A stretch of DNA of 64,000 nt. It comes from the human T2T-CHM13v2.0 reference genome, Homo sapiens. The position numbers and the translations under genes were made by a program. The notes below the pieces were generated by a model. It was not told the DNA's origin and searched no databases. It saw nothing but the letters and a program-made list of their open reading frames with translations. Each line of letters starts with the position of its first letter. Position 1 is the first letter of the stretch. Positions 28,871-42,745 of the stretch are shown here, one piece after another. The DNA lies in NCBI RefSeq assembly GCF_009914755.1, contig NC_060934.1; one strand, written 5' to 3'.

Positions 28871-31800
28871 ATGTCCTGTCATTACTGCCTTAGCATCTAG
28901 AATCAGAACACATGAAGAAATGCATCATGGAGTACTAGAAGTATCCTAGCCTATTGGCAACAAGATGCCCCCCGTGCTGAATTCATCTTTACCTAATGGC
29001 ATGAGGCTGGATGAAATGGCTTTCATAACTTTGCTTATGCCAAGAACAGCCTTGTAGAAGCTCACAAGAATGAAGATAGCATCTCTCTTACCTGTGTTAT
29101 TATTCATCTATTTCATGGCAGTAAAACCAATGGTTGTAAACTGACTCTAAAGTTAGTTCAATACCCCCTTTTCATGGAAGAGGAGAGATATGCAGGAGCT
29201 AGTTCTCAACAGCCATGTTGATATAACAGACACTGTTCTTTTAGGTCAAATGTCTTTATCCACTATTTCTAGGCACCCAACCCTCTTCTCTGCTTCAGGA
29301 TCCAGTTCAGATTCATCTCTCCTATGGAACATGACAAGCTCTCCACTGTCATGCTCTTAATATCTTTCCCATTCTCTTTAAGTTCTACCTTATAATAATC
29401 TATCTTGTCAAGAAGCAAGAACAGCTCTTCTACTCCTTTCCATTTCCTCCTAAGGTTTGACATAAATGAAAACAAATGCATGAAGATGAACTTGTTATAT
29501 AAAATGTACATAAATGGATGAATGATGAATCATTCTGTGAATACCAAAGTGCTACAGTTCAACTCACAGGGGCATTCTTATCATCTGGACCCTCATGCTG
29601 ATTTTTTTAAGATTGGAATCCTTGTCAGGTTTATAGTCTTGTTTCCCTTTCCAGGGAGAGAACGGTAAGAGCGAACAAGCAGGGTGGGGAAGAGCTCTGT
29701 ATTCTTAAAGTAGGGACTCCAGTATCTGGATTTAAATGAAATCAAGAGAAAGGTGAAAGACACAGATGAATCTAGACTATCATAGAAGTGTAAATGAGTA
29801 TGAGGCTACTGTTTCCATCCACTAGTGACTCAGCAACGAGCCCAGGACTGATCCCAGGGCAGAGAACCTCTTAGCCACAGATACACCTTCATACCTGGTA
29901 GCTAAAGAAGGAGATGTCAGGTGCTACAGTGTCATTTGAGGCCAAAAACCCATAGGGAGGTCAGTAATCTATAGAGGGGCCACAAGAAAATATGATCCTA
30001 GCAAGCTGGTGTCGAAAAGGACTCTTAATCTTTTTTTTTCACATGCATAAGTAACTGTACGCTGCATGTCAATGAGTTTTCTCTAAGCAGCCAGGCATTG
30101 AAAACCATTTACGTGGCACTGGGTATGTATTTTAATAGCATCAGTCTAAAGGTCAAGCAATGCAAAGAAAAGCAGACAGGAAGCAGGCCAACAGCTCAGG
30201 CAGGTAATTGAGCGTGCAAAAGCACTCTCCTACCATAGCGACTACTGACATCTTTGTTTATCTCTCCACTACCTGGTGTGGAAATGGTATTCTTTTATTT
30301 TCTCTTCTCTGTTTATGTTAGAAAGTAGCTATCAAGATAAGGATTATCCTTCTAGAAATAATATTGCTATTGGCAATAGTCTATCAGCAAAAGATGGGCT
30401 TTCACTATACAGAAGAGAGTCAGGGAGTGTCAGGTGTCAGATCTCAGAAGAAAACTCAAGTATCACAGGGAAGATCAGAACAAAACTGAGAGTGGAGGTG
30501 GACCTTTAAAAATATGGAAATCCCCAATGTTAATTCCAGTTTGGAGTCCTGGCAGATCAGAATGTTGAGGGAATACTTTTATAATTCATTGCAAGGTCTG
30601 CTTGCTGCAGCTATAGAGAATGACATCCATCCATCTATCTGTCCATTCATCCAACATACAAGCATATATTTAGCACATGAATAATAGTGATAATTATATG
30701 TAGCTACAATTTCATTCATTTCTCATTACATTCCAGGAACTGAGAATATATATATATGCTTCTTTGATGCTTGTAACAACCCCCAACACTTCAGTTTGAC
30801 AAAAGTGGAAACTGAGACTCAGAAAAGATTAAGTAAGGCTGCTTGAGGAGTCAAAAAGTAGTGGGACTGGACCTAAGGGCATGTCTGACTCTAGAGTCCA
30901 GGCTGTTAATCCTGAACTGATGTCTACTTTACTTCACATGAGACTCTGCTAGGTGCCATGGAAGGCACTGCCCTCCAGGAACTTAAAGTGTAGTAGAGAA
31001 GAGGAACAATGTAAATCACTAAGAAATACTAGTAAGAAAAATAGCATCTTTCCCGAGGGCTGTACAGAGTTTCAAAGCTCATCAGGTTTTCCAGGGTGTA
31101 GTGAAAGATTTCATGGAAGAAGGAACAATTGAATAAATTCTCTGTTATCCATTTTAGAAAGCCAAGAAGTACTAAAAAGAACTTTCTAGGTATTAGAAAT
31201 TTATCTAGAGTAGTGCATGCATTCACACACACACACAAATGTACACACTTTGAAGATGACTAGAAATGACTTCTCTATGAAAGTTTTGCTTAAGCTAATT
31301 TCAAAATGACTTTGTATTCCTTCAGAATACATCACTTGCTATGAATGAGAGCCAGAAAGATGCTAAATGAACAAGGGAAGAATGTTAAGATTTTTTTAAT
31401 TCCCATGGAAAATTTTAAAAGTGGTCTATGCAGTTGACACCATAGGTACCACTGATTGAGAACTTGCAATGTGTCAGGCTTTGTGCTACACACACTATGT
31501 AATTTTACCCTCAATTTTATGAAGCATGTCCTTATTCTTCATTTAATGATAAAACTCCTGAGGCTCTGGGAAGTTAATTAATTTGCCCAAGTTCATGAAG
31601 CTATAAGCATCATGCTAGAATTTGAGCACAGTTCTCTTCAACGTACAGCTACTAACTAACCCATATTTGTGGTCATGAATCTATAGCATTAATCCTGGTA
31701 ATTCAGCCTTCAAATAAATACTAAACGATTGGTAGGCCAGAACACTTCCTAAATATGTCCTCTTTCTTAAAGGAACAAAAGGGGTTTTTTTAACGAAGAA

Positions 31801-32827
31801 GAAAAGCGAAGAAAACAAAGAGAAAAAAATTAATTTATGACTTAGAATATACCAGTTATTCATTGAGCCCATTTATTTCACAAAAGTAAAATGCCAGAAG
31901 GCAACATTTCTCCAAATTACCCAGCCATAAGGGGCTAAGTTTAGTTAGACTTTCAGTAACTCTGCTGAGGATGGAAGGAGAGAAGACAAAGATGGCAAAG
32001 AGACAAGACTCAAGGAGAGAAAAACCAATGGCCCATTAAAAAAAACCTACCCAACTATTCCTCTAAAACTTCAGTTTCTGTGCACAAGGCTAAAGGAGTT
32101 TGGATTTCTCCTTTCCTCTCTGAGTCACCAGCGACACTGTCCCATTTCTTATTAGAAAAATAAGCTGAAGTCAAGACATTTCCTAAGGAGAAGGAGAAGA
32201 CTAGATACAAAGATGTTGAAGAGGCAGTGGCTGACTGATGAAATTTAGTCCAGAGTAACTCAGAAGGAACTCAGCTCTGAAGCCTCAACACTGTGGAAAG
32301 ACTTGGGAATAAAGTAGTATGATTGATAGCCAAGAGCTTCTGAATCTCCAAACATGAGCTTGTGCAAAAAAAACAACTGTTCTCAAAACTGTGTAAACTG
32401 CTGGGGAATTAAAACAAACAAAAACAAAAACAAACCAAAAAAAACAACTTCCGGGCTAATATTTCTAAGACATTTGTAGTTTACACAACTGGCAGAAAAC
32501 TTGCAATGGTTCAGAAGGGATAAAATTGGGTTTGTCTCTTCAAGGAGGCAAGAGCTTCCCCACAAGGGGCAGACAGTTTCTCCCAAATGCGAATGGTACC
32601 TCCTAGGAATCCAGGCTGAAAGGGAGGGTAAAGATGGCAATCCAAACAGGTGTGTGTGTTTCACTCTGGGAATGGAAACTAAGTAGTTCAGAGTGCTCCC
32701 GGGAGATATAATTCATAAAGTTCTTCTCAGACCAGTGTCTCACATGGCCCACATTGAAGGGCTGTAAATGCTGTTAGGAAAGAGAGGAGCCATCTGATCA
32801 TCCACCTAGACTAGAAAAACATAATCT

Positions 32828-33047
32828 TTTTTTCATATAATTTTAACTTTTCTTTTAGATTCAGAGGGTACATGTGCAGGTTTGTAACCTGGGTCGATTG
32901 CATGATGCTGAGGCTTGAAGTATGATTGATCCTGTCACCCAGGTAGTGAGCACAGTACCCAGCAGGTAGGATTTCAACCCTTGTCCCACTCCCTCCCCCA
33001 CCTATAGTAGTCCCCCGTGTCTGTTGTTGCCATCTTTATGTTCATAA
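32828..33047 (-). mobile_element. Old primate L1 (L1PA13-16/L1PB-like) 3' end
   Basis: ttttagattcagagggtacatgtgcaggtttgt...gatcctgtcacccaggtagtgagcacagtaccc. Confidence 0.85.
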
Positions 33048-36000
33048 AGAGCCTGGGGAGAGTAGTACCAGAGAGGTCCTCATTAGCCTGTGGACCCATA
33101 TTTTGGAAGAAGCTCTGCTGCAGAGACTCCTCTCCCTCTATCTTTTCCTCTACTGGTGGCCTTCGCAGCAGGATGAAGCTGCCGGTGACCAAGGCCAGTC
33201 CGGTTCACTCCAGTCTCTGAAGCTTCTTCCTGAGGCCTTCTCCATTGGCATGAGCAGTGACTGGATACATGGCAACCAGAAATCAGTGAGGATATCTCTG
33301 GAGGTGCCCAGTTCCTCCCACTGTTCTGCTCTGGGTGCTGCCAGAACCAGCTACAAACTATTAGAAAGCTACAAGAAGCAAGGAACCACGTAGGTAGCCA
33401 GGATATCTCCCCTTCTCACAGCTACCTCCCTCCATGTTCGTTTCGGTGTGGAGCCCAGGGCCTTTGGAGGGCTGGCTATTGTGCTGGGACTCCTTTCCCT
33501 GCTTCCTTCACTCACTCTACAGAACTAGAAAACAAACAAAGCAAAAATGCTTGCAACCCCAGGGGAGATGAGAGGACTGTCCTAACTCCCTCAAGCTTTT
33601 CTGTGCAGATCCTAAGAGGCCCAGGATGCGGCCAGAGTCCTAGCCTGAGGACACTAACAAAGTTTGGTTCCTAAACTGTTGGCGCCTTTTTGAGATAAAA
33701 GTGGATGCTATTCAGAAATGGGGGAGGGGGGCGGTTCCCAATGACTGAGAAATCAGTGTGGGCTTTTATTGGTTATTGCTGAATATTTATGTCCCATTTA
33801 TCACTGATCGTTGGCTATGAAAAAGCTAGATAAAGACATTGGGCCACCTGAGTGCCTGGGGCTTTCGATCACTAACAAGCCAGCCTATCAGAAGGCCCCA
33901 TTTCTGAGGATCTGCCAGAGACAAAGGTTCTTTGTTAACTGGAATGCCCCAGAGCGAGGAGTTGGAGCTGTGTTGCTCTAAACAGAAGGAAGAGGGAGCG
34001 GAAAGACGAAAAGAAAACCTTTTGCTTTCCCAGCAGAAACCTAGGATTGAAAGCAGGGACTTTTGAAGGGAAAGGGCTCTTGGGGAATGATGAAGATCAG
34101 GGTAGGTGAAATCATCTTTCATGGATTTCCTACTCAGACTGATGATACAGCTCTGACCTGGCTGCAGGCCCGGGAAGGCTCCCTGATAAAGATGCAGAGC
34201 TGAGGTGAATTTCCAAGTCTCCCACTTTAATGTACCTTTGCTGCTGCCTTCCCCCAGATCTGGAGAGGCTAAAGAACTTTATTTTTCTTTTTTGGAGGGG
34301 GGCTGAGTACAGGAAGTTGAGAAGCTTGGAGGAAGATATGTTCAAAATAAACTGAGAACTCTGATGATTATTTTTAGTCTGGAAAGAGAAGAACAATTCT
34401 TTTATAGAACAAGCATTCACTTAAATAGGTTTCCCCTATCTGGGGGATCCCCAGAAATGCAAATCATCCACTTGTGACACTTAACGGTTCTTGCCCGGGA
34501 TTTTGTTTTTTTCTTTTCTTGGCTGGATGAGCCATCTGGAATAAAAATGGGACAATCAAGTCCAGACCAGATCATTAGAAATGGACAATGGAATTAGGAA
34601 CCACAGCCCGAGACCAGGAGGGTAAGAACTCTGTAAGATAGATTCAACTTTATCCCTTTCTCACAGTTATCATTTTTATTAGTCCATTGCTAATAAACAT
34701 GAACAGGAAACATCCTGTTAATAATTTGCAGTAGGACGAAATGAAAGTTTGGAGCTTGTTTCCATGGGGCCATCAATGAAGTGAGCTGCTGTGGATGCTG
34801 CCGCCCAGCTGCCTCGGACCAGATGGAGGGAAGAACCCAGATGGAAAGCTAAGGCAGTGTTTAAAAAGGAAAGGGGCCTGAGAGAGCTGAGTTTGGAGGA
34901 CCCCCCAGGAAGGTGGAAAAACCAGGGAGCAAGCTTGGCTGAGACAGCCTTGGACCTTCCCAGGAAATCATCCTAGGCTCCCCATCAAAGGCAGCACAGT
35001 GGGCCCAGGTGTCCTGTCTTACTTATGCACTCCAATCATCACCTCAGGATGAAATCAGATCAGCATTTTAAAATTCCATTCTTTTTTTCAAAAACTATAA
35101 CACTATACTTAGTTTTTAAATCCACATCATATAATTAATATTCGCAGCCCTCTGCCCCACTTTAACCCAATCCTCCTGCCCCAGAGGCAACCACCCTCAC
35201 CTCATGCAGCTCTTGCCTCCCCTAGGCATTTCTATGTTTGTAGGTGTGCTTACAATGCCATTTCTTGATGTATTAATTTTAAGCATTATTTATTGGTTCC
35301 CTGCCAAAGAAGATAGGAACTTTGCTCTTTCATACACACACACCCAACTTTCCTTCCCCCATCACCCCAAAAGAGTAATATTATATGGTTACATTAATAG
35401 TCGACATTCACAATAGAAGCATGCAAATATTATGCACCACTGATATGAGTAGCGCATAATATTTGCATGCTCCTATTGTGAATCTTGCTCAATGTTTGCT
35501 TTCCCCTGCACCCTTCATACCCCTCAGATGACTGAGAACTTTTCTAAGTTCCTGTAGAAGAGATGTCCAGGTTAGTCTGTTCAGTCCCTCATAAACACCA
35601 CTGTCCACCCCCAGCACTCTGCCTTTATTTGCATTGTTCTCCTACTTCTCTCTTCCTTCCCTCCAAATCCCAACACCTTATGTAACATTTCCTCCAAGAA
35701 GCCCCACTTGTTTCATTGCTCTTCTTTGCTCCTAAATGTCTGTATAATTCACAATCTTGAATACATAATTAATCCATTCATTATATTCTTTCTTATAGAG
35801 TGTGGCGTTATTCGTTCGTGCTATTCTTGCCTCTCCAACTGTAAGCTCACTGAAAGCAGGTATTTTCTGCCTTGCACATTCTCTGTATCTGTCACCCTCA
35901 AAAAAGTTCCATCACAGTGTAGCCCTCAATATATTTTCTGAGGCTACTGCTTTGGAGATCATTATAGCTCCCAGGTATAAGCCCTGGACAAATTCATCCT

Positions 36001-36079
36001 AGCAATCAGTTTTCTCTTAAACCCTTCTCCCTAAACAGAAACAGTCGAGATCATTACCCAGTGGGGAATTACAACCAAG

Positions 36080-36860
36080 CTAAAAATCCTCAGTCATCTT
36101 TGACAGGTGTTCTACCTTACCTACCCCATATCTGATCAGCTGCCACATTAGTGCCATGGTGTCTCCTCTCTGCCTTCTCATTGTGTTTCTACTGCCTCTT
36201 CCTCTTCCTCTTACTCTCCCACTCCTCTTCATGACTTTCATTGTCTATAGCCCAGACTGTTTTAATTACTTCTTGAATTACCTCCCCTTTCTTATCTCAC
36301 CTTCTAAACCCGTCTACTAGATAAATTTTTCTACAGCATAGTTTGTTTTCATTCTGTGAAATCTTCAGTGATTCTTCATTGTTCTCCTACCTTACATTCC
36401 AGGTTCTTCTGGCATTTGAAAGTTTCCATTCAGTCTTAGTGCCTATTACCCTCAACTCATCCTCTACATTACCTCCAACTAGAGGCCTCATTATTTTCCA
36501 AACATACCTCCATGCTTTGTGGCCTTAATGCCTTTGCATGTGCAGTTCACCACCTGGAATTCTACTCTTCATCATTCCTACTGTCACTTCCACCATGAAG
36601 CCTTCCCTCCTCAGCTCAGCTAGGTCCTCCTCTAATCTGAATTTCTATAACCTTTCATTCCGTCTTTCTTGAGGAGCTTGTTACATTTCACTGCTTATTA
36701 TCATTATTTGTGGGTCTGTCTTATCTCCCTGCCTAGTGTGAAAGATCGTGGATGGCCAAGACTCAGTAATTTCATATTCCATTCTCCACAAACATGGCAA
36801 ATCACACAGATTAGGAGAGGCAGAAGTTGAATAAATGTTTATTAAGCAAGTGAATGAATG
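36080..36860 (+). mobile_element. L2 fragment
   Basis: gcctttgcatgtgcagttc...tgtcacttccaccatgaagccttccct...aataaatgttt...gaatgaatg. Confidence 0.65.
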
Positions 36861-39800
36861 AAAACAAAACTGTGCATTTGTCTCTTGAATATACCAGATC
36901 CTTCAAAAGACCATTCTGATACTCTTTGCTCTCTCTCTAGTAGGTGGCAGGGATAAGTTTCAATGCCCAGCTTCTAATAAAGTAGGAGAAGGGTGTAGCT
37001 AAGTTAAGCCTAGATGCTAGGCTTGCCAAAAAATGGTGTTCTAGAGTTAAATGGAGTGCCTCCTACTCTTATGCATGGGGAGGTTGCACTATTTCCCAAT
37101 CCAAAGACCCTTTAGGGTATGGGTTTCAATTCGAAGAGATGGTAATTCTCTTCGAACACCAACCCAGCTTGCCTCAACCTCACAACTCAGCTCTAACTGC
37201 AAAACAGTGCCCTCCCCATCTGTAAGTGGAAAAGGAAGTCTCTGTCTATTTTTACAGAGATGAGGGGGAGGCCGAAGGAAGAATTTCATTTAATTTCTAT
37301 TTCTTCTCTTGGCCTCTAACTTTCTGGCCAGGGGTTTCTATTTCAAAAACTCTGTATTATGTAAACACAGAAGGGCCCTTCTCAAAAACAGAAGCAACTT
37401 CTACTAATTTCCAGTCTCCTTTCTGGCACTCTCAGGAGTCCTGCTAAGCATCTTGATCCCAGGCAAATTTTTCCTTGGCTACAAAACACTTGTGATGGTC
37501 AACCCTGGGTCAACAGCTTCATTTGGCTCCGTGTCCCCAAGATTTTTGCAGTACTCTTCAGTTGAAAGCTTTCCTAAGAAAGAGGATGTTGTCCATGACT
37601 TCTCTGTTAGGCCAGCTCACACAGAGCCAAACATGTTTCCATTGAACAAAGCCTACCACAGCCAAGAATAACTCTTTAAAATGCCCTTTCTAACCCATTC
37701 CACAATTACACAAATAATTCAGGCAAAAGTGAATTGTGAACTACACATTCCATATCTTGATGCTGTGTAGACTACGTAGCCTGAACTCATTCTAAACAGG
37801 TAGACTACCTGCCTCCCCTATTAAGGAGATACAGCAGAAGGTAGACAAACACACAGGTGCAAGCTCCAATGGGGACTGTGTCATTTTTTAAATGGTCCAA
37901 CAAAAACATGCCATTGAGATTGCTACCAAAGCTGGACAGCCTTCATAGCTCTGTATCAAAGAGGGCTGGGCCCATGCCCTGGAGATCTGAGATCTAAGAT
38001 TAGCGAGCTCACCTTGATGCAGTGATGAATCAGATGAAATTATAAGAAAACAAGAATTATTTTTATTTTCCCTGCCTTTGTGCCACATACTAGTACCCTC
38101 AGGGAGAGAATTTCTGGAACCGGGATGCTAATAATGTAGATGAAGTGCATAGACGGTTTGGAACTATTCTGGATTCCTAGTCTTCTAGTCTACCAAGGAT
38201 GGTAGCAGATGGCACAGGACCCAATCTGTTTCCAAACGTTACATTTGTGAGTAGAAACAGGCACTTTGGCCAGATTCCAGTTGGTACATTCAACAAAGAA
38301 TAACATAAGCCTCAGATTTCCCATTGGTAAAACAAAGGAGGTTGGGTGAGCTATTCTCTAAAGTCCCTCCCAGCTCTAATATTTTATGATTCTCAGTGGT
38401 AAAAATTCAGGGATTTGGAATGACCAGTCTCATTCTCCCATTAAGCTCTGGGTGAATCAAAGGCCAGCATCACATTGCATCATCTCATGTACAGTAATAT
38501 GTGAATGACATTACACAATGCCAGCTTTTATTAATGGGAACACTCTTCCAGCAATAATGCAATACCCTTGAGCTCATTCTGGCCTTCTTTGTTAGTACCC
38601 AACCCAGCTGCATTGTCAGGAGATACAAAATATTACATAGACGTTGGAAGTAGGAGCAGTAGAAGAGAGCAGACACATCAGCAAATGACACAACTAACAG
38701 CCTGTAGTCCTGTTCATGCTCACAGTGGATGCTTAGTGAATGCTTGGTGACTAACAGTGAGTAATGCAGAAACACTAGTGGATTTATTAACTGACTAGAG
38801 TCAACACCTTTGCACTTTGCTATTTTCCTAGGGGCCAAGTCTCGGCCAGAATGGAAGGGAGGGAATTCAAATTTAAGAGCACTTTTAGAGTTCCCATAGG
38901 TTGAGAACTCTCATATATTGGTGTTCCAACTCCTAAGTATATGGATGGGTTCTCCTTCATTAAGCAGATACTCCATTCCTAAGAGGTTTGGCACAGACAA
39001 ATTTTGAGTCTATTTTACATGCTTTACTCCTGGCATGGGCTTCTGTCCTAAGTCCTTGTTGGCTCTTTAATGCTGCAGGCACTAGAATGGGAACCAGAAA
39101 TCCTCAAGTATCTCACCACGTCTCTTACCTTGAGGAGTCCAAGAAGCTCTCCTTGAGTCCCTCGCTTGGAATTCCCCTGGCCCTCTGTAGACACCAACCC
39201 TGGCAAACAGCACCAACTTATAGCTCTGGAAGGAGAGAAGGAATAGGCAACAGGCTTAATGTAATCTTCTTTCAAGACACAAATGTCCCACCTCCTATGA
39301 CTTCAAGAAAGAGTTGAGTTCAGCATTGTCCTTTGATGGTTCCACTACACCATTTGTTTCTGGAAAACACTGATATCCAACAGCCACCCTATGCATGCTA
39401 CCTTTCTCACATCAAGACAATTCCTCTCCAGCCCCATTTTCACAAGACCCTTCTCTGAACTGTTTTACTGGAATCTACACACTATTATTTACTGGGAGCA
39501 TACATCATTCCTTCTTTTTGGTCCCTGAGTGCCAGAGTGCAGGGTCAGGTTAAGAGCCTGGTTGGTCCCATGGGACAGAACAAAACCAACTGGCCACACA
39601 GAGACCAAGTTTTGAGAGAAATAAACTTTAGTAATAAGACACTTGCTAAATGGAAGAGAAGAATGTTAGGCTGGAATGAATTTTCTGTTCGTTTGGCCCC
39701 ACTGTCTCTGCAAACCATATCAGATTCATAATGTCAGAGGAAGAGCTAGTTAACGTTTTATAAAGTGTGACACCCAGCACAGTTCCTTCCTCTGAGGTTC

Positions 39801-39998
39801 TGACTGATTTCTCTCTGTGCTCATTCCCCTTTTGTGGATGTTCCTCTCCTCTTGTCAACTCAGGTTTCACTGTTTTCCCTTTAACCACATTGAACAGGCT
39901 GATATCCCCTCATGCTGTAAAGGTGTGAGTTGTACTTGGCCTTGGACGAGCTTGGAGGACTTTTTCTTTTCAGGGAACTTAAAGGTGACATCTTCCAT

Positions 39999-40270
39999 TG
40001 AGTCAGCCAGCCATTAGTTCGGGGAAACTTTCACATCATTTGCAGTTGGAAAGCAGTTAACATTGACGTGAAGTCTCTGCTTAGAAGTTTGCCTCATTAA
40101 GAGATATTTGAATTTCTACACGGCTAGATATTTAAATATTTAAATAACCCCAAAGAAGTGTAAACACAAAACCTAGAATAGTTACTTGCGTAATGAAGCT
40201 GAGGGGAAGCACCTAGATGAGAAGTTTCATAATTTTACAAGTTGCACGAATTCTTGGAAATTCCATAGAA
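39999..40270. promoter_or_regulatory. Candidate enhancer (dense TF motif cluster)
   Basis: AP-1, CRE-like, FOX, C/EBP, STAT and NF-kB-like motifs within ~270 bp of apparently unique sequence; motif evidence only. Confidence 0.35.
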
Positions 40271-41537
40271 GTGTCTGAAGAAATGGACCTCAGTAGGCCC
40301 TGTAATAAGTATGTTTGGCATAAAAGATTGCTGCCTTTTGGAGACCAGGCCTTGGGAAGAGGACTGGGTTGGTGTTACAAGTGTTCTCCAGAGAGGCTGG
40401 GGCCTTGTTACCACCTCTGGATATTTGGTCTGTTCTTCCCCCCAAATAGTTTTTAGAACCACCTCTAAGAGGTGTTCAGTGTGCATGATTCCCCAGGCTG
40501 CAAGATGTGACTTTGTGGCCAAGTAACAAGGACAGAAGGTGATGTAGGGAAACTGGTCCAGCCAGCTTGTGCTTAAAGATATGTGACATGTCTGATGAGC
40601 TGTTTTGACTTTTGGACTCAAAGATTCTTCATTTTAACAAAACCAGGAAAACAAACCATAGAACTTTCTAGTGTTTCTTCTTAGCAGGGAAGATGAACCA
40701 CACACCTTCTCACTCCATTCCTCAAGCTCTCCCCCTCCCCGGGCTTCACTTCAATACTGCCCCTCATGGCCCTCCTGGATCTCTGGGGGTAAAGTTTGAG
40801 CCCCGCAAGAGTCAGAGGCAGAGTGAGACCCGGTGATACAGCCTAACACGGGATCGAGAGATGCTGTTGTCTTACTTAGTAACAAAATATAAGAGTGTCT
40901 GTTGCAAAAATAACTTGGTAATAGAAAGCAAAATGTTTACACTTTGGCTGCAGCCAAGTTTGACAACATTAAGATGCTCTGCCTCTTTTCAGTAACCAAG
41001 GGGCACATAGAGTATTCAGAATCAGTGCTTTATGAGGTAACAAAAGCTAGTGTCTATGCAATATTCCCTTCACATGCTACTCGCCTGCAGAGGTTTTAGC
41101 AAACAAATCAAAACACTTTTTTCTTTTCCTCCGAAATGTTGAAAGGATAGAAATACAGACACTGAAGTCTGTCTGTTTTATTACAGATTAAAGCTAGCGT
41201 AGGGGCTGTGAAATTAAATATGCAGTCACAATAGTTTTCTAATTTATGTCAGAGTAAATCACACTTACCCAGCCAGGCACTGGTGGAACTGGATGACCGC
41301 AGGTCCATCTCCAGGCAGGTAGAGATGGCTCACCTTATGGCAGAGTAGGAAGCAAGCTTGGCCTGAGAACAGACGGCTCTGAGAAAGTACGGGAAAAGAT
41401 ATACCATGTTCACGCTAATCAAAAGAAAGCTGGAGTAGCTGTATTCATATTAGAAAAAGTAGATTTCAGATCAAAATGATGAAAAGGTCTTTCATAATTC
41501 TAAAGGAGTAAATTGATGAAGAGGGTATAACAATTCT

Positions 41538-41877
<340 letters not shown>

Positions 41878-42064
41878 TAAACAGTTATGCACCTAGTAAC
41901 AGAGTTTAAAAATACACAAACAAAAACAGAGCTTGATGCCTTAAAGCAAAAACTGATAGAACTAAAAGGAGAAATAGACATATTTACAATTATAGTTGCT
42001 GACTATAACACTCGTCTCTCAATAATGGATAGAACAAGTTGACTGGAAATCAGTAAGGCCTTAG

Positions 42065-42248
42065 AACTTGGTAAGCAAACTACATACCTTTGGTCCAAAT
42101 CCAGCTCATTGTGAGTCAAATATGGTCACACCCATTTATGCATTGTTTGGCTACAGCTGCAGATTGGCGTAGTTGCGACAGAATGTATAGCACAAAACTG
42201 AAAATATTTAGTATCTGGCCCTTTATAGAAAACATTTGCAGACCCCTA
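42065..42248. mobile_element. MER58 (hAT-Charlie MITE)
   Basis: gcaaactac...ccaaatccagc...aaaatatttagtatctggccctttatagaaaacatttgcagacccct. Confidence 0.75.
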
Positions 42249-42559
42249 GGCCCCTAATTTGCAAGACTTGACAATGTCAACCAACTTAACATAAATGACA
42301 TTCTTAGAACACTCCATTTACAGAGGACACACATTCTTTTCAAGTGCACATTGAACGTTACCAGGACAGACCAGTACCTAATTTCAAGACTTCCTAAAAA
42401 GCTAGTTATCAAGACAGTGTGATATTAGCATAAACAGAGACACCTACATCAGTAGAAAATAATTGACAGTCTAGAAATAGACTCACACAAATATGGGAAA
42501 CTAACTTTTGACAAAGATGAAAAGACAATTCAGTGGATTAATAGTTAATCTATTATTAA

Positions 42560-42745
42560 CACATATTATCGTCTACATTTAATGCTCATAACAACTCTAT
42601 GAGGCAGGAATTGTTATTATACCCACTTTTAGATGAGAAAACTGAAGTCAAACTAGTTTGTCCAAAATTTAAAACTAGTAAGTGGTAGAACTGGAATATA
42701 AACTCAGTTTGACTCCAGAATCCATGCTCTTAATCATTCCACCAC
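42560..42745 (-). mobile_element. MIR
   Basis: ctcataacaactctatgaggcagg...ttttagatgagaaaactgaag. Confidence 0.75.

Noticed and set aside
34439-34455. Short hairpins such as tctgggg-gat-ccccaga (similar ones near 47656 and 48052)
   Set aside because: Arms of 7-9 bp are expected by chance in 64 kb.
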